This document shows, piece after piece, positions 46,196 to 50,269 of a stretch of DNA of 50,269 nucleotides. The stretch is from IMG/VR virus record IMGVR_UViG_3300020158_000005, positions 64,001 to 114,269 of that record; one strand, written 5' to 3'. The notes under the pieces are model-generated. The model was not told the origin of the DNA and ran no database searches. It was given only the letters and a program-made list of their open reading frames with translations. Position numbers and translations under genes: made by a program. Within the stretch, counting starts at the first letter, position 1, and each line of letters opens with the position of its first letter. Source of the DNA: a virus (taxonomy: Duplodnaviria > Heunggongvirae > Uroviricota > Caudoviricetes).

Positions 46196-46567
46196 CTATT
46201 GTTTTACTATTTCAATTAATTTATTAAGACAAGCTAGTTCTGCTTCTTCGTAAGTACCAACTTTAGGGTCTTTGTTAAACTCTTCCATTGTTCTTTGTTG
46301 CACATATTCTTTACCTGACAAAGACATATCATAGACATGACAATCAAATTGTTTTACATTTGGTCTAAATCCAATGAATCCTCTCAAATTATACTTCTCT
46401 CTAAACCATCTGAATGCTTGTTGGTATAATGGAGTATCTACAAATGCATCTGAATCTGGATGATACGCAAAAGTTTTATCTTTATAGTAACAGCCTAAAC
46501 AAGATTCATTAAACCCCAATTCTTTAAGAGATAAAGCTTGTTCATATGGTATAAACTCTTTATTCAT
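46196..46567 (-). CDS. Hypothetical protein
   Basis: MNKEFIPYEQAL.LKELGF...PLYQQAFRWFREKY...TYEEAELACL.KLIEI. Confidence 0.7.
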   Translation of the reverse strand: MNKEFIPYEQALSLKELGFNESCLGCYYKDKTFAYHPDSDAFVDTPLYQQAFRWFREKYNLRGFIGFRPNVKQFDCHVYDMSLSGKEYVQQRTMEEFNKDPKVGTYEEAELACLNKLIEIVKQ

Positions 46568-46569
46568 AA

Positions 46570-46773
46570 CTATTTAATTAAGATTTCGTGTAAATAAACT
46601 TCTGCTTCACTGCCTTCACCGTACTGAATAAGTATAGGTGTGTGTTCATCAAAGTCCTCAAGTATAGGTTCTATATAAGATATGGTATAATCATTACCTT
46701 CTATAGGGTCTGGGTCATTCCATACTAATGGAGTTCCTTTTTCAATTGCTCTTTTTAATGATAATATGTGCAT
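46570..46773 (-). CDS. Hypothetical protein
   Basis: 67-aa ORF. Confidence 0.6.
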   Translation of the reverse strand: MHILSLKRAIEKGTPLVWNDPDPIEGNDYTISYIEPILEDFDEHTPILIQYGEGSEAEVYLHEILIK

Positions 46774-46776
46774 ACA

Positions 46777-47028
46777 TTATTTATTTGAATTGTTATAAAT
46801 TTCTTCATTACCGAAAGCACTATCCATCTCATAGTATATCTCAGCAGTAGACTCTCCATTATTATCTTCAACATCCATGATATCTATTACTCCTTCTATC
46901 TCACCCCCATGGTATATGCCCGTCTTTGGATAGTTAGCATAATCTAATTCAAATAAATCTCCTGACTTTACATCAGCTTCCGCATCCACATACAACCATC
47001 CTTCTTTATATTTAATTGGTGTTAACAT
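46777..47028 (-). CDS. Hypothetical protein
   Basis: 83-aa ORF. Confidence 0.55.
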   Translation of the reverse strand: MLTPIKYKEGWLYVDAEADVKSGDLFELDYANYPKTGIYHGGEIEGVIDIMDVEDNNGESTAEIYYEMDSAFGNEEIYNNSNK

Positions 47029-47103
47029 AATTAGTTTTTTATTAATTCCACCATACTAAGTTGGTATTTTCATAATTATTTACTTCATCATCTTTATTCA
47101 TAA

Positions 47104-47322
47104 CTATCGTTTTACAAAGTGAATAGTATCTCCTATGTTATATAGCCCTGAAGGTGCTACAAATTCTTTGTCAACAAACCCCTTATCTGTAGAAAATCTA
47201 GCGGTATAAGTGGTTACTCCATTTGTAACACCATCTATCTTAGCTACAACATCTCCATCTGTAATAGGTCTGTCGCAACTAGCTAATAATAGTACAGCTA
47301 GTATTGTTATTAATTTTTTCAT
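47104..47322 (-). CDS. Small lipoprotein
   Basis: MKKLITILAVLLLAS-C lipobox. Confidence 0.65.
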   Translation of the reverse strand: MKKLITILAVLLLASCDRPITDGDVVAKIDGVTNGVTTYTARFSTDKGFVDKEFVAPSGLYNIGDTIHFVKR

Positions 47323-47342
47323 ATTAAACTGTTTTAGGTGGG

Positions 47343-47558
47343 TTAAAGTGATTCTCCATAGTCATGCCAACCTCTCCAGTATTCGGCATCATATTCCTCT
47401 TGTGTATATATCTTAGGTTCTTCTTTTTGGAGTTGTTCTGCTTTTTCTACAATTAATTCTAGTAGTTTATCGACACTTATAAGTTCTGTTTTCAAAGCAC
47501 TTTTAAGGTCTTCTCTAGTGTTATTAATGTATTCTATTAACTTATCTAGGTTACTCAT
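47343..47558 (-). CDS. Hypothetical protein
   Basis: 71-aa ORF. Confidence 0.6.
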   Translation of the reverse strand: MSNLDKLIEYINNTREDLKSALKTELISVDKLLELIVEKAEQLQKEEPKIYTQEEYDAEYWRGWHDYGESL

Positions 47559-47568
47559 TGTTTAAGGT

Positions 47569-47799
47569 TTAAAGGTTTTCTATTTCTGTTTTAACTTCTT
47601 GCCAATAATTTATTGCCGCATTATCATCCATCATCTCGACATGGGTTAGCATTTCATCTACTGCTATTAATGCACATTGTTTAGCTGCATTGTACTGATT
47701 GTAATATAAATGTTCTTTATCTTTTTCTGCCTCTTTTGATGCAGGTAATGGTTGATACATTTTAATTACTAATTCTTCTGCTTTTTCTTTAGGTATCAT
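47569..47799 (-). CDS. 'PKEKAKEL' family small protein
   Basis: PKEKAEEL...AKQCALIAVDEML...YWQEVKTEIENL. Confidence 0.7.
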   Translation of the reverse strand: MIPKEKAEELVIKMYQPLPASKEAEKDKEHLYYNQYNAAKQCALIAVDEMLTHVEMMDDNAAINYWQEVKTEIENL

Positions 47800-47821
47800 A
47801 ACTCTTTTGTTTTTTATTTGG

Positions 47822-48052
47822 TTAGCGTCTTGAAATTGTTAGGTAATCTGCATAGGCTTTTGATTGTTTCCCATCTACCCAATAGATAGCTTCTGACTTA
47901 GATAGCATTTTCACACTATCACACGTAAATGATGAAGTTGTTGCACCCCATCCATTAACATTATGTAAATAAATTGTAGTTTCTTTTACATGAGGGCTAT
48001 CCTCATTGCAAGAAAATAGGCAAATCGTTAAAATGATAAATAGGTATTTCAT
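47822..48052 (-). CDS. Small lipoprotein
   Basis: MKYLFIILTICLFS-C lipobox. Confidence 0.6.
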   Translation of the reverse strand: MKYLFIILTICLFSCNEDSPHVKETTIYLHNVNGWGATTSSFTCDSVKMLSKSEAIYWVDGKQSKAYADYLTISRR

Positions 48053-48855
48053 TATTGTTTTGTTTTTAGTTCTTGGATTTTGTTTAGTAAGTCATCGCAT
48101 CTTAAAATTCCATAAACCCTTTGATTCTTATCTATTTCTTTCACCCAAATTTCTAAATCATCTAGTGATTGATTGGATTTATAGGAGTTTTGTTTAAGTA
48201 GCCCTATAACTTTATGTATATTCTCAAACTTAATTAGCATTCCTTCTGATGTATCTGTACTTAAAGGATAAAGTATTTCTTCAACAGTTAACACTTTCTT
48301 CTCTATGGATGGGGAAGGTTGTTCTTTAGCATCTGTTATAGTCCATCCTCTTTCTACTTCTTCTGTCTTTGGTTGTTCTAGTTTAGGGAAATCACCATTA
48401 CAAATTCCACATTGACTTATAAGTACATCAGGGTGATTAGGACATGGGTTTAATCCTTCTTTGAGTTCTTCTGTCTTTGGTTTAAGGGATTGGAGAATAT
48501 CTTTTACATTATCATCAGTAATAAAGGTTCTACCTTCAAAATGATTTCTAGCCCCACTATACCATGAAGAAGCAATAAGTTTTTCTACTTCTTCCTCTGA
48601 ATACATCCTTGATTCTGATTTAGGAATACGTTGTGTTATCATTTCTAAAAGAGTCTTTAACTGTTCTTCATCCAAGTGCCTTAACGCATTACTTAGGATG
48701 GTTAACACAGGCTCATTCTTAAATGATTCAGGTAACGCCTTATTTATCCATTCACCTTCACTTTCTGATTGAAGGGCTTCGGTGGCTATCTTATTAGCTG
48801 TTGATTGGTCTAATGTTACTTCAACTATCTTTTTTAATGCTTCTTTATGATTCAT
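48052..48855 (-). CDS. Hypothetical mosaic protein
   Basis: 267 aa; YSEEEVEKL module, CPNH..C..C. Confidence 0.6.
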   Translation of the reverse strand: MNHKEALKKIVEVTLDQSTANKIATEALQSESEGEWINKALPESFKNEPVLTILSNALRHLDEEQLKTLLEMITQRIPKSESRMYSEEEVEKLIASSWYSGARNHFEGRTFITDDNVKDILQSLKPKTEELKEGLNPCPNHPDVLISQCGICNGDFPKLEQPKTEEVERGWTITDAKEQPSPSIEKKVLTVEEILYPLSTDTSEGMLIKFENIHKVIGLLKQNSYKSNQSLDDLEIWVKEIDKNQRVYGILRCDDLLNKIQELKTKQ

Positions 48856-49028
48856 GGTTTTTGTTTTAATCGTTTATACCAATTATTTCCTAAACATCTC
48901 ATTTTTACTCCCCCAAAGCTTAATATAACTTCATTATGCTTATAATTAGAGGGAAAAGCCATTTTTATGTGTACACATTCTTTTCTGTGGAACAATAAAT
49001 TCCAATTTCTATCTATATATGCTATCAT
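48852..49028 (-). CDS. Small hypothetical protein (58 aa, absent from ORF track)
   Basis: MIAYIDRNWNLLFHRKECVHIKMAFPSNYKHNEVILSFGGVKMRCLGNNWYKRLKQKP; overlaps both neighbours by 4 nt. Confidence 0.55.
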   Translation of the reverse strand: MIAYIDRNWNLLFHRKECVHIKMAFPSNYKHNEVILSFGGVKMRCLGNNWYKRLKQKP

Positions 49029-49243
49029 AGCTTTTCGATTTCTTGTTTAACTTGTTTCCACCAATTTATTTGAGTGATTGGTTCTTGATTTTCATCCCAA
49101 TTCATTGGCTGTAAAGGACGTGATTTAATAATTTCATCTACAGCTATTAAGGCACATTGTTTAGCCATATCATGGTCAATAACTGAGCATATTGTATTAT
49201 GGTATTTATATACTAACTCTTTAGCTTTTTCTTTAGGATTCAT
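49025..49243 (-). CDS. 'PKEKAKEL' family small protein
   Basis: PKEKAKEL...AKQCALIAVDEII...WWKQVKQEIEKL. Confidence 0.7.
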   Translation of the reverse strand: MNPKEKAKELVYKYHNTICSVIDHDMAKQCALIAVDEIIKSRPLQPMNWDENQEPITQINWWKQVKQEIEKL

Positions 49244-49259
49244 AATAATAAATTTTTAG

Positions 49260-49332
49260 ATTCCCCAGTAGGACTCGAACCTACAACCTCTTGAATACAA
49301 TTCAAGGCTCTACCAATTAGAGCTATGGGGAA
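49260..49332 (-). tRNA. Atypical tRNA, best read as Thr(UGU); no encoded CCA
   Basis: Acceptor TTCCCCA/TGGGGAA, D-arm GCTC..TGGTA..GAGC, anticodon stem CTTGA/TCAAG with loop ATTGTAT, T-arm GTAGG-TTCGAGT-CCTAC. Confidence 0.7.
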
Positions 49333-49339
49333 AACGATT

Positions 49340-49708
49340 TTAAGCTTGTTCTACTTCTGCTGTCAGAGCTTCTAATTCAGATTCCAAGAATGCAATTTTT
49401 GCATTATGTATTTCTAAATCTTGTTCAGCTTTTGTTACAGCATTTTTAGCATCTAACAATGCACGTACATAAGCATCTCTATTAGTAATAGGTTGTCCAT
49501 TATTAATACGTGCTTCAGCTTGACGTTCTTGTGCTTCTGTCACTGCATCTTCTTTAGCAATAACATCCCCTTTAAGAGAATTTACTTGTGTGCGAATTGC
49601 ACTGTCTGCTTGTCTGAATGCTTTTTCAGCTTTAGCTGTTGCATCATCACCTTGGATTTTAGCCACAAAACTCTTTACGAAACTCTTAACTAATTGACTA
49701 TTGTTCAT
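49340..49708 (-). CDS. Coiled-coil hypothetical protein
   Basis: 122 aa, Ala-rich helical. Confidence 0.7.
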   Translation of the reverse strand: MNNSQLVKSFVKSFVAKIQGDDATAKAEKAFRQADSAIRTQVNSLKGDVIAKEDAVTEAQERQAEARINNGQPITNRDAYVRALLDAKNAVTKAEQDLEIHNAKIAFLESELEALTAEVEQA

Positions 49709-50269
49709 GTTTTTGATTTTTAATTTTTAAAATTGGTTTGTTTTTACTTTCTTTTTGAATACGACTTCTTAAAGTTTGTTCTTTTAAATTATAAAATTTT
49801 GCAGCTTCTCTAATACTAGAGAACTCTTGTTTTGTTTCTATATCTATTACAGCTTTTGCATTAGGAGCAACTTTACCATACATATGATTCTTCTTACCTT
49901 TTTGATTTTCAGAAAATTCTGGTTTTTTAATACCCCAAAAAGGATGTTTCTCTCCAGTTATTTGGGGGTACTTCTTACCTTTATTCCATGAAGTATGCCC
50001 TTTTTGTGAATTGGACATTTTTTCTAATGTTTCTTTAGAACACGTACCTGTTTTTCCTTTATTCCAAGATTTACCATACTTTCTTCCTGTAAATGCTTTA
50101 GACATATTTTCTCTAGTTTGTGTAGAAAATACTCCTTTTTTAGAATTTGTTTTAGTTAAAATACAATTTAATCCTTTTTCAGTTACTTCATAAAATTCTT
50201 GCCAGTATCTTTCTCTATCATTTAATAGTTCAATAGAACATTCTTCTACTATTTCAAATATATGGTTAG
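49698..50269 (-). mobile_element. GIY-YIG homing endonuclease with NUMOD3/NUMOD1 repeats (5' end outside window)
   Basis: Frame open to the window end: FEIVEEC...LNDRERYWQ.FY...GLN; SEETR-like repeats, WNKGK, NHMYGK, FSSIREAAK. Confidence 0.8.

Noticed and set aside
1-50269. Stop-codon reassignment (TAG or TGA) as in some crAss-like phages
   Set aside because: Genes are long and intact in code 11, and TAG and TGA end genes normally; reading through the TGA at 23597 would not restore the phosphoesterase frame anyway

Overview
AT-rich fragment of a tailed dsDNA phage genome that very probably infects a Bacteroidota host: near-perfect TTTG-N19/20-TAnnTTTG promoters, no general Shine-Dalgarno use, standard genetic code. 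1-14.1 kb (+ strand) is a late module: end of a large virion protein, two modular tail-fibre-like genes (one with an S74 chaperone), a putative virion protein carrying an Ala-start class 3 intein, lysis-like membrane genes and a ferritin-like gene. A bidirectional terminator at ~14.15 kb separates it from a minus-strand module running to the window end: Tad2-like anti-defence gene, dUTPase, RecA, intein-containing class II RNR, dNTP diphosphohydrolase-HAD fusion, metallophosphoesterase, PD-(D/E)XK nuclease, family A DNA polymerase, UDG, primase, putative SSB, AAA ATPase, two helicases, many small ORFs, several homing endonucleases and one atypical tRNA. Highlights: (1) an apparently complete phage-encoded ubiquitin-like conjugation cassette (2 Ubl precursors, E2-like, JAB, E1-like) whose JAB gene is split inside its JAMM motif by a group I intron carrying an antisense LAGLIDADG gene with its own promoter; (2) a metallophosphoesterase whose first metal-binding motif (ISDTH) is restored only by a 5-nt ACG-to-ACG hop over a UGA, directly after an 11-bp hairpin (candidate translational bypass, or else a 5-nt lesion/assembly error); (3) a class 3 intein in a structural gene. 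All family assignments come from motif recognition by eye; no database searches were run.
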